A DNA stretch of 64,000 bases from Callorhinchus milii (lineage: Eukaryota). Position numbers and translations under genes: made by a program. Below the pieces are notes generated by a model, which was not told where the DNA came from, made no database searches, and saw nothing but the letters and a program-made list of their open reading frames with translations. This document shows, in pieces, positions 1 to 10,392 of the stretch (its first letter is position 1; each line of letters opens with the position of its first letter). The stretch spans positions 116,872,001 to 116,936,000 of the forward strand of contig NW_024704742.1 of the NCBI RefSeq assembly GCF_018977255.1. Direction: 5' to 3'.

Positions 1-159
1 TGAAAATGACCAATTTATTATTGTTTTTGGTTTTTGGAGGGATTATTATTAGGCGTGTGGAGTAAGGAAACTTGCCCAAGGTTTCGCCCTGCCTGGAATT
101 GAACTCAGGTCTCTCGCTTGCAAAGCGAATGCTCTATCCACTGAGCTACAGGACTCCAC
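1..159 (-). mobile_element. tRNA-derived SINE, 5' part
   Basis: Reverse complement of the SINE head GTGGAGTCCTGTAGCTCAGTGG...TTTGCAAGCGAG...GAGTTCAATTCC (A and B boxes). Confidence 0.85.
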
Positions 160-779
160 GCTCCACGTTTTAACTCAACTGTGATTGCAGGTGTAAAGGA
201 TCTGAGTATAAAATGAATAAAGTTCAAGCAAATGAATAATAATAATGATAATCCTTGCATTTGACATAGTGCCTTATCACATTATTGATTGTCTCAAAGC
301 ACTTGACAGGATTTACTGTAAAGTGTACAGACTGTGTATTTTTAGGCGAAAACTAGAGAATAGAAGTCACTTGTCTTCATTGTATTCGTAATATGAAGAT
401 GATGCTTGGAGTTGTACTGAAATGGACAAGCAAGGCAATTCAATCCAGCAATAAGGGCTCATTGTCTGCAGTGTATTGATTAGAAATGCACCAGACCGCC
501 TGATTCCTGGAAACAGTATGTCAACAGCAACGGACTTACTTTCAATTAGATGCAGATGTGGGATAAGTTGGCCAGACAGTCATAATTTACTGTGTTCATT
601 TTTAATTGAAATTGTTTTTAATTTGAATTTACTTCAGCCAATTTTCTTCCATAATCTCCTGAAGATGGTTCCATATGTGCTGAGCACTTTCTTGCCACTA
701 CCTCAACTGTACCTCCTTCATGGGTTATGAGCCTAGACAGTGAATTTTGGCTGGCTATGTACAGCACAATACAATTTAT

Positions 780-1430
780 TTTTATATAGTGCCTTTCATA
801 ACGGGAGGAGTCCTTAAAGCACTTTACACAGCTGGCTGGGTACCTTGGCTAGTGTAGGGAGCTGAAGAGTGGAGGGGGCATTGGATGACTGAAAGCATGA
901 TCAAAAGACTTTGTCAGTGGAGAGTGAGTGAGTGAGTGAGTTGGAGGAAGTTCAGGATGGACTGTGGTAGAGTTCTGGAAAGCAACGGCAGAATGAATGA
1001 AAGCTCACTCACCGATGATGGGACAGACAGAATGACACAAAGTAGGCCATTGTTCACTGCACAATGGGAGTGGCTGGTTGGTAAGGTTAGAGGAGGTCAC
1101 AGAGGCAAAATGGGGCAAAACCATGAAGGGATTTGAATGTGAGGACTAGGATGTTGAATTTGATCTACTGAGGAATAGGGAGCCAGTGGAGGCAAGTGTG
1201 GATGGAACTGATCGGATTGCGGAGAAGGAGAGAATGTGGGTTGCAGAGTCCTGGATATTCTGCAGTTTGTATAGGGAAAAACTGGGGAGTCCAGCAAGCA
1301 GGGCATTGGCATTGTCAAACCTGGATGTAATGAAAGCATGAATGATTCTTGGCAGCCTGGGGGCAAAAGTAGTACTGGAGGTGGGCGATGTTGCGCAGGT
1401 GTGGGAAAGGTGAATGAGTGAAAGCATGGA
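780..1430 (-). mobile_element. Decayed L2 LINE 3' fragment
   Basis: Minus-strand translation IIHAFITSRFDNANALLAGLP...KLQNIQDSA is typical of the L2 ORF2 C-terminus; L2-like tail near 780-830. Confidence 0.8.
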
Positions 1431-2157
1431 TTTAAGACATGAAAGACAGTTATAATAATAATCCTTGCTTAAGATTTAGCGTCTTATCACACCTTTGAAA
1501 CGTCTCGAAGCACTTCACAGAAATATACTGCAAAGTGAATTGGCTGTATATTTTGTTGGCGAAATAGGTCAGGCAAGACATTGAGGTTTCTCACTTGCCC
1601 GGTGAAGTGGGCCTTGATCTGCCTGAGGTTGGAGAGGATCAGCAAATGGTTGTCGTGATCGCATAGAGGTGGCAGCCCACCATCTGCAAAGCCGGGGGTG
1701 GGGGTGGGGTTCTGAAGCTTGGTGGGTCGATTCGTAATTGCAAGGGATGTTGCTGACCTCCAAATGTATTTAATGGTCAGTGAAGCACCCATCTTATAGA
1801 GGAACATTCCAGTTATCCTTCCAGGAAAGAGAAGCTAGTGGCTCCCCTTAAATGGACACTCCTATTTGAGCAAAACGGGAGAAGCTAGTGGCTATTGTTA
1901 TGGGAGAATCTAGTGACTCCCCTTAAATGGTCACTCCTATTTGACCAAAAGTAAGTCAGAAGAAGAGCAACTTTGACTGCTGCCCAAAGTGTTCAGTGCA
2001 CTTAGCTCATGGTTTGTTGTAAGATATTGTTTGACTTTCAGTTGAAGATTATGTCTACTTTTAATTAATTCTACTGTAAGCGCAATACTTGACACTAGCT
2101 ACAGTATGAATTATTTTATATAATATATTTGTAGATTTTTTAAAAAGTGCAATATTA

Positions 2158-3190
2158 TACAACAACAAAATTACATTTAAAGAGCACCTTTCATGTCAGA
2201 AGGACGTCCCAAGGCGCTGGCCAGTGAGGGGTCAGGACTGAAGCATGGGGGAGGGGTGGGGGAGGGGTGAGGGAAAGTAGAGAGGTGGGAGGGCTACTAA
2301 AGGCACAATCGAAGAAGAGGAAAGAGACTGGCCTTGAAGGAGGCAAGGGAGGAAGCGAGGCGAAGGGACTGTGGGATGGAGTTCCAGAGTGTGGGGCAGA
2401 GAGGCTGAAAGCCCGGCCACCGATGGCAGGGCGGGTCGGGCGGGAGACATGGAGCAGGCCGGAGCCCGCTGAACAGAGGGAGCGGACAGGTTGGTAGAGA
2501 GTCAGCAGGTTAGAGAGGTAGGAGGCTCAAGGCCATGGATGGCCTTGAAAGTGAGGACGAGGATCTTGAACTCGATCCTCTGAGGGATGGGGAGCCACTG
2601 GAGTCGGGCGAGGGTGGGAGTGATGGAGTCGGGGAGCCTGGTCCGCGAGAGTACATGAACTGCAGAGTTTTGGATGATCTGCAGCTTGTGAAGGGAAGAG
2701 TTGGGAAGGCCGATGAGGAGGGAGTTTCCATAATCGAGCCTAAATGTGACGAATGCTTGGATGAGGGTTTCGGCAGCCTGAGGGCTGAGGCAGTGGCGGA
2801 GTCTGGCATTGTTGTGGAGGTGGTAGTAGGCAGTGCTGGTCATGGCGTGGATGTGGGGGAGAAAGAACAGTTCAGGGTCGAACAAGACACCCAGGTTCCT
2901 GACTGGCTTAGTGAGGTTGAGTGTGCAACCATGGAGGCTGATGCTGACAGCGCCCGAGGTGCGGAGGCGCTGGCGCAAGCTAATCAGGAGGGCTTCAGTC
3001 TTGCTGGCGTTGAGTTGGAGAAGGTTGTCCCTTGTCCAGAATATGACGTCGGACAGGCAGTTGGTCAGGACGCCAGTAGTCCTGGAGTTGAAGGTGGAGG
3101 CAGAGAGATAGAGTTGGGTGTCATCCGCATACATGTGGAAATTTATCCCATGTCTGCGGATGATGTCATCAAGGGGGAGCATGTAGAGGG
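2158..3190 (-). mobile_element. 5'-truncated L2 LINE (RT C-terminus plus 3' tail)
   Basis: ORF 2502-3182 contains [28 protein letters not shown] and RLDYGNSLL; 3' stem-loop GGGACGTCCTTCTGACATGAAAGG followed by a GTT-type tail. Confidence 0.92.
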
Positions 3191-3275
3191 TACTTGTAAG
3201 GTATTTGCCAGATGTTAGTGAAAGAAGAAAATTGTCAGTGACCTAAGAAGAAAGACAATGCGTGACAATGCCTTT

Positions 3276-3607
3276 GTGGAGTCCTGTAGCTCAGTGGTTA
3301 GAGCACTCGCTTTGCAAGCGAGAGACCTGAGTTCAATTCCAGGCAGAGGGCGAAACCTTGGGCAAGTTTCCTTACTCCACACAGAGCCTAATAATAATCC
3401 CTCCAAAACAAAAAACAATAACAAATTGGTCATTTTCAATCTACAACTGTTTGTGGGACATTTCTGTGCGCAATTGGCTGACGCGTTCGCCCACAAATAT
3501 ACAGTCAATTCACTTTACAGTGTGTTCTGTGAAGCTCTTTGGGACGTCCTCCCGACGTGAAAAGCGCTATATCAAATGTAAGGATTATTATTATATTATT
3601 ATTATTA
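3276..3607 (+). mobile_element. Full-length tRNA(Ala-like)-derived SINE with L2-type 3' tail
   Basis: tRNA-like head with TGC at the anticodon position, body, ACGTC-CTCCC-GACGT stem-loop and (ATT)n end. Confidence 0.9.
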
Positions 3608-3804
3608 CATCAACAAGGACGAAGGGGGAGGTGACCATAGGTGCGGTCAAACAAATAGGTTTTAAGGTGAAATATGAAATATTTTAAGGTGAAATGCAAG
3701 GTTTATTATTATTATTATTATAACTTTTCAAAGAAGTTTAAGGAGCCTGAGTTAACACACTACAGAGAGAGGAGGCTGAATTGTTTTGACATTCCAGCTA
3801 TATT

Positions 3805-4126
3805 TAATAATAATAATAATAATCCTTGCATTTGATATAGCGCTTTTCACGTCGGGAGGACGTCCCAAAGCGCTTCACAGAACACACTGTAAAGTGAATT
3901 GACTGTATATTTGTGGGCGAATGCGGCAGCCAATTGCGCACAGCAATGTCCCACAAATAGTCGTAGATTAAAAATGACCAATTTTTATTATTGTTTTTGG
4001 TCTTGGAGGGATTATTAGAAGGCGTGTGGAGTAAGGAAACTTGCCCAAGGTTTCGCCCTGCCTGGAATTGAACTCAGGTCTGTCACTTGCAAAGCGAGTG
4101 CTCTAATCACTGAGCTACAGGACTCC
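3805..4126 (-). mobile_element. Full-length tRNA-derived SINE
   Basis: Same family as 3276-3607 in the opposite orientation. Confidence 0.9.
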
Positions 4127-4532
4127 AGTCTGTGGTCTGAAATTTGTGGTCTGACCACAGACATTGGTATGTCTTTATGTTTTTAAACTGATGCCATGTA
4201 AGTTATACATTTAACATTAGAAGCACTTAACACTTTATTTAGGGGATCGTTGGCCATAATACGAGGCCATATTCTCCTTTTGAGTAATACTATGGAATCT
4301 TGAACATCCACCTGAACAGGCAAATGGAAACTTGGTTTACCATCTCATCAATCGATGAACAACAACAACTTAGATTTATATAGCGCCCTCCACGTCGGAT
4401 AGCATCTCAGAGCGCTTAAACCTCTGACCTCTAACACAGCATTCCCTCGGCATTCCTTCTATGAAACATAGCATTGCCTCTGTGAAACCTCTAACACAGC
4501 ATTGCCTCGGCACTGCACTGGAGTGTCAGCCT

Positions 4533-4563
<31 letters not shown>

Positions 4564-5119
4564 CCTTGCATTTGAAAGTGAATTGACTGATATTTGGGCG
4601 AACGGGCAGCCAATTGCGCACAGCAATGTCCCTGAACTCAGGTCTCCTTGCAACGACCTAACAAACTTCTGACTCAGAGGCAAGAATATCCCATTGAGCC
4701 AGGCTGTCACCTAGTTGGAACTTTTTTAACAGAGCTGCCCTCATACATAGACTGCAAAAAAACTAACTTTGCCAAGCACTTACTACATACTTAGAAATTG
4801 AATTTTACTTTGTTGTCATGTTAAGTTAGACTCAGCTAATGTTATTCTGAAACAGATTTATTGAGATTGAAAAGGCAAACCCAAATACCAAATTCTTCTG
4901 CTAACCAGAAATAATGTCACACTGATTTACGGGAACTCCATAATTTATGTCCAGGGGTAGCGGCGGGGAAATCCCATGGGTCAGTGTAACACACAATGGT
5001 TACCAGCAGGACTTTTTGTTTGTGTGCTGTTATGTGAATCCAGGTTGCAAACAGTACTTTATTTTCAATGCCACTATTGTTTGTGATCATTAGTTGGCAG
5101 CTGGCATAAGTTTCAGGAT

Positions 5120-5505
5120 GACTCAGTTGGTAGCAATGTTGCCATGAGGCAGAAGGTTGTGTATTCAAGCCTAACGTCAGGACTGATACTCCAGTGCAGT
5201 GCTTTGGGTACATTCCATTATTGGAGGCGCTATCCTTCAGATGAGATGTTAAACCGCTTATTTAGGTGGAAGTTAAAGATTCCATGACACAATTTGAAAA
5301 CAGAAGGAAGTTTCGTCTGGTGTCCTAGTCAACAATCCCCCAAATAAAATTGGTCATTTGATTCATGGCCATTTGTAGGATATTGCTGTGCACAATGACT
5401 GCCACATTTGAATACATAATCATTATACTGCAGTGAATCCTGTGAAGTGCTTTGAAACGCCATACCAATGTGAAAGATGGCATATCAAACATAAGGATTA
5501 TTATA
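5120..5505 (+). mobile_element. Deu-domain SINE (decayed)
   Basis: CAGATGAGATGTTAAACC...GTTAAAGATTCCATGACAC...TGGTGTCCTAGTCAAC resembles the DeuSINE central domain; shares the L2-type tail. Confidence 0.65.
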
Positions 5506-6779
5506 TGTATTTATCCTATTATCTTTGTATGTGCAGACAAAGTGAATAAAATTAAACATTTGTTAGTGATATGTTGAATTATGCCCTCTCTGGTCCATGA
5601 TTCAGCCAAGATGAGCTCATAACAGAATAATGCTTTCACCAGTACTCTATTTATTTTGCTCATAATAAATTGTGGTTGTCTTCTAAAGTAGTTCATGCAT
5701 TGGAACTCCTAGAAACACCTAGACATAACGTAAGGAAGAAATAGCTTACAATTTTAAACCTCCTTATTTCAAAAATCCTAAAGTACTGTAATTGCTTTCA
5801 ATACAATACAATGACTGTTTTCATAGAGAAATGCAGAAAGATCCAACAAAAGGACTTGAGATTCATTGATCAATTTATCTTGATAAACGTCCTTCTCCTT
5901 TGCAATAGTGTTATGATATCTATATTAGAAAAATGAAAGCATAGTTTAGGATTAATTCCAAAACACAGCAACGGTTGCTAGGTTGGGTGGAAGGTCATGT
6001 GTTTAATACATATTCAATCTATATAAAGGCTCATTCTAGGCCTAGATGTATAACAGGCAAGAAAACCAATGCACCTGGAATCAAGAGCAGAAATGGAAAA
6101 GTAGATTTGGGTGTCACCTTAGCATGCCATCAAAATGTCTCAAGGTACTTCACAGGATTTACTGTGTATTTGTAGGCAAATGCAGCAGCAATGCTGAATG
6201 TAAAAGGTGCACGTAAATGAGGTAAAGGAAGAGGCTGTGAAAACTCTCCAGGTGACTGTGCAAAGGTGGGAGAACCTGTTAGAAAAGACAAAATGGAAAC
6301 AGTGGACCAGGTAGGATTGGAACCAGAATAGTACGGTCCACAGAGTGAATGCGGGAGGAGAGGTGATCGAGGGGCATGGAGTGTCAAACGCCGCAGAGAC
6401 GTTAAGGAGGCAGAGCTCTGGTCACAGAGAGAGATTGCATTGTGAGTGACTTTGCCGAGGGCTTGGGTGGAGGATGGAGTGAAGGGAAAGGTGGGAGGGC
6501 TTTCAACTACTACGCCCCGAAGCTTTGGAATTCTCTCCTCCCATCCCTCCGCCTCGCCCCTCCTTCCCCTCTTTTAGATCACGACCAAAGAACTTCCTCT
6601 CCGACCGTGCTTACAGTCACCTCCCTCCTTCCTCCGGCTCAGCCACTGGTTAAGCGCCCCAAGACTCTGCACCCCCAACCCACTCCCCGGCCCTGGGGAG
6701 AGAGCTACTTAAATGCAAGTTGGACTAGTTTGTTGCAGTAAGTTTGGAGCTGGCAGGCGTTTGGTTCTAAGTTAATGAA

Positions 6780-7330
6780 GGCTATTCAGCGGCTTCGCGT
6801 GGCGTGATGCCTGGTGTCATTTCTCTGCGGGGGGCTGTCAGCCTGGTCAGCCCCAGCTCTCCAGCCCTGACACGCCCTCCCTCCTGCATACGTCAGACTG
6901 AACCACAGCGGAAGCTGGCGGCAGGAAGTGACGCACTCGGCTGGTTCAAAATGACAGTTGGTGCTGACAGTTGGTGCTGATAGCCGGTACGTCTCGCGTC
7001 GTCGTGGGCGACAGTTATTATTGTGGGGTTTTTTTTTTTGTTTTTTCTTTGTTTTTCGCGGCGCCGCCGCCGCCGCCGCTCTCGGTGTTGAGGGGAGAAA
7101 TGTTTCTGAATCAAACGGAGCCCGAGTTGTGGTCAGTCGGTGCCGCCTCCCGGCTGAGGTGACCGCTGTCTGGGCCGCGGGCGGAGGTGAGCGGGATCGG
7201 GGGAGGGGAGGGGAGGGGAGCCGCCCGCGTTAGTTCGTGCCCACACCCCCCCCCACCGCCACCACCGACTGACGGGCCTCTTACCACCGGCTGTCGCCGC
7301 TTACATAACCCCGGATAAACCCGACCCGAC
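6780..7330 (+). promoter_or_regulatory. POLK: CpG-rich POLK promoter region
   Basis: Strongly CpG-dense segment in otherwise CpG-poor DNA, 3 kb upstream of the first POLK coding exon. Contains TCGCGTG/TGGCGTG (XRE-like, 6795-6806), TACGTCA (CRE-like, 6889-6895), GCGGAAG (6908) and the composite ETS-CRE CAGGAAGTGACGCA (6922-6935). Confidence 0.75.
6940..7186 (+). other. POLK: Probable non-coding exon 1 of POLK (5' end approximate)
   Basis: Ends at donor GAG|GTGAGC (7186/7187); an alternative donor CCG|GTACGT lies at 6986/6987. The next acceptor is TATGCAG|A at 10197/10198. The TSS cannot be fixed from sequence. Confidence 0.55.
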
Positions 7331-7540
7331 TCCAGCCCCGTGACATGACTGTGTATCCCCCCCCCACCCACACCTTGACCCTGACTCACACCCTGACTCT
7401 GACTCACTAAATGGTGCTCGTGGCCTGTGATACAGATATAACTTACCCTGTCACAGGCTAAACAAAAGTACAGGCAACTATTGCTAACTGCTCTAACCCC
7501 TCTCCACCCCGCCTTCATGCCTCCTGAATCGAAAACACGG

Positions 7541-7883
7541 AGGGGACGGGAGGGAGAGTGAGGGAGTGAAGGAGGGAGGGAGGGAGGGAGAGTGAGTGAG
7601 TGGGGGAGGGAGGGAGGGTGAGGGAGGGTGAGTGAGTGAGTGAGTGGGGGGGAGGGAGGGGGGGAGGGAGGGTGGTGAGGGAGGGAGGGAGGGTGGTGAG
7701 GGAGGGAGGGAGGGTGAGTGAGTGAGGGAGGGGTGGGAGGGAGGGTGGTGGGTGAGGGAGGGAGGGTGAGGGAGGGTGGGTGGGTGGGAGGGAGGGTGGT
7801 GGGTGAGGGAGGGAGGGAGGGAGGGAGGTGAGTGAGTGAGTGAGGGAGGGAGGGAGGGTGGGTGGGTGAGGGAGGGAGGGAGG
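7541..7883 (+). repeat. Purine/G-rich low-complexity tract (GGGA/GAGT/GGGT repeats)
   Basis: About 340 nt almost devoid of C, in POLK intron 1. Confidence 0.95.
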
Positions 7884-8302
7884 GCTCCTTGCGGGTGAGC
7901 TGAACTGGTTCCAAGGTGACTTGCTTGGGCAATAGAATATCAGAATCAGGTCCACCCTCTGCGGAGGTCTCAGTCGTCGTCATAAGGCCAGGTGGGTCCG
8001 CAATACCCATGGGGCACTGCCGATAACTGACCGGGCTCGCTCGCTGCTGGGCTTGGAGTGGCAGACTCGTCAACGCGAGCAGCGATTCTTCCGACTCCTA
8101 ACCGGTAGAGTGGTTTTAACCGGCGCTCTCAAAAATGCAGGCGTGATTTTGGCTGGTCAAAACAGCACACACTCGGGTCCTCAGGTTTTGGCTCTTCCCA
8201 ACCAGCACCTAATACTCTCTGGTATTAGATGAGCACTATGTGCTTCCCAGACAAAGAGTGAACAGTCCGTACCCAGAAATTTGAATGTGTAGGTGGCATA
8301 CA

Positions 8303-8624
8303 TAATAATAATAATAATCCTTGCATTTGATATAGCGCTCTTCACGTCAGGAGGACGTCCCAAAGCGCTTCACAGAACACACTGTAAAGTGAATTGACTG
8401 TATATTTGTGGGCGAACGCGTCAGCCAATTGCGCACAGCAATGTCCCACAAACAGTCTTAGATTGAAAATGACCAATTTATTATTGTTTTTGGTTTTTGG
8501 AGGGATTATTATTAGGCTCTGTGTGAAGTAAGGAAACTTGCCCAAGGTTTCGCCCTGCCTGGAATTGAACTCGATCTCTCGCTTGAAAAGCGAGTGCTCT
8601 AACCACTGAGCTACAGGACTCCAC
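8303..8624 (-). mobile_element. Full-length tRNA-derived SINE
   Basis: Same family as 3276-3607. Confidence 0.9.
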
Positions 8625-8639
8625 ATATGCGGACTTCAA

Positions 8640-9080
8640 TTTGTTTTGGATATCTCACCAGTTCTGGCCAGGCTCCAATGGCTCCCCATCACCAAACGGA
8701 TCCTACTTCAAGATTGTCACATTCGTGTTCAAATCTATTCACTCCCTGGCACCTCTCTTCCTCTCCGACCTCAATCCCCAATCTACTACCCGACGACTCC
8801 GCTCGACTGGCACCGGCCTCCTGCTCGTCCCTGGCACTCTCTGCTGCACCATCGGAGGTCATGCTTTCAGCCACTACGCCCCAAAACTCTGGAACACTCT
8901 CCCTCAATCCCTCCGCCTTGCTCCCTCTCTCCCCTCTTTCAAGTCCCACCTGAAGACTATCCTGTTTGACCGTAGTTATGGCCACCTCCCCCGACTTGGA
9001 GTCAGGCTCCGCCACTGTTAAGCTCTCTGAGACGCTACCCTGCGTGGAGGGTGCTATATAAGTGCAAATTGTTGTTGAGT
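8640..9080 (+). mobile_element. L2 LINE 3' fragment (second tail type)
   Basis: [13 protein letters not shown]...FKIVTFVFKSIHSLAP...AFSHYAPKLWNTLP; tail GAGACGCTACCCTGCGTGGAGGG followed by GTT repeats. Confidence 0.85.
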
Positions 9081-9489
9081 AAGCTTTCAGTATCATGTCT
9101 TGTTCAAATATCAGCCTTGTTGGTGAATTTTGGTCGACAATTTAACTTTATGTGTGAGAGTTGTATCTAAACTTGATTGTGTTCCTCTCTGACATTCACA
9201 CGTTTAGTTCCAGCATGTCACTGAACATCAACGGGTGCTAAGACCAACTGTAGTGCTCCAACTGATCCAGTGCTAATTCAGCACAGGTCAAGCAACAAAC
9301 CTAGTACGCATCCCTGACCCATTCATGCCACATTGGTAACTGTGCCTTCAGTCTCTATACTCGTGATCTCTGGAACTCCCTGTCTCAATCCCTCTGGCTC
9401 GCTTTCTTTTTATCTATTTTCATATTTCACCTTAAAACCTATTTGTTTGACCGCACCTATGGTCACCTCCCCCTTCGTCCTTGTTGATG

Positions 9490-9815
9490 TAATATTAATA
9501 ATAATAATCCTTGCATTTGATATAGCGCTTTTCACGTCGGGAGGACGTCCCAAAGAGCTTCACAGAACACACTGTAAAGTGAATTGACTGTATATTTGTG
9601 GGCGAACGCGGCAGCCAATTGCGCACAGAAATGTCCCACAAACAGTTGTAGATTGAAAATGACCAATTTATTATTGTTTTTGGTTTTTGGAGGGATTATT
9701 ATTAGGCTCTGTGTGGAGTAAGGAAACTTGCCCAAGGTTTCGCCCTGCCTGGAATTGAACTCCGGTCTCTCACTTGCAAAGCGAGTGCTCTAACCACTGA
9801 GCTACAGGACTCCAC
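9490..9815 (-). mobile_element. Full-length tRNA-derived SINE next to a decayed L2 end
   Basis: Same family as 3276-3607; the flank at 9370-9489 is L2 3'-like. Confidence 0.9.
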
Positions 9816-10248
9816 AAAAGCCCCACCACTGAGACATTATCCAAACTAAGGCTGCTGTATAAATGCAAGGTATTGTTGCTGTACCTTCCAGATTTTTATG
9901 ACTCAGGTTTTAACCTTGGCACATCTGATGTTCAAAAATGATGTGGAAATGAAAAAGTAGGAAATGAAAACTCCCTCTCTCTCTCTCTCTCTCTTTCCTA
10001 TCATATCAATTGAGTTCCTAACCCCCACCCCACATAGAATTATCCAAGCAAATTCTCAAATCCACAATATCTGCAGTAAGCCCATTGTGGTACCCAGTTG
10101 AAAAATAAATGTTTTCAAATAGATTGTTTACCGATATTTGCGAAAGTTACAGTACATTGTCATAATATAAAACATTTTGTGTTACCTTTTTATGCAGAAT
10201 ATGAAATTACAGTAACAAGTGAGAGAAGAAAAATTGACTTGAGTCACT

Positions 10249-10392
10249 ATGGCACATGCGGCAAACAAAAATGCAGATAAGTCTGCTCCTAGTGAAAGCA
10301 TTCTCTCAGGAATAGCACTTAATGATAACAAAGCTGGAATGGAAGGTTTGGATAAAGAAAAAATTAACAAAATAATTCTGGAAGCGTCGAAG
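10249..10392 (+). CDS. POLK: DNA polymerase kappa, coding exon 1 (N-clasp start)
   Basis: MAHAANKNADKSAPSESILSGIALNDNKAGMEGLDKEKINKIILEASK; LNDNKAGMEGLDKEKINKII is the POLK N-clasp. Donor AAG|GTAAGT; exon begins at 10198. Confidence 0.95.

Noticed and set aside
1828..1950. About 48-bp imperfect direct duplication (GAGAAGCTAGTGGCTCCCCTTAAATGG...)
   Set aside because: Local tandem duplication with no evidence of function.
2535..3218. 227-aa plus-strand ORF
   Set aside because: Antisense shadow of the L2 RT ORF.
3276..3360. tRNA-Ala(TGC)-like sequence (and similar heads elsewhere)
   Set aside because: No proper acceptor stem, and always fused to the same body and (ATT)n tail. These are SINE heads, not tRNA genes.
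5511..5718. Minus-strand 61-aa ORF as a CERT1 or other coding exon
   Set aside because: No recognisable similarity to CERT1 or another protein, and no clear donor site.
7111..8073. 320-aa proline-rich minus-strand ORF (and the nested 146-aa ORF)
   Set aside because: Translation of the GGGA/GAGT low-complexity tract; no recognisable domain.
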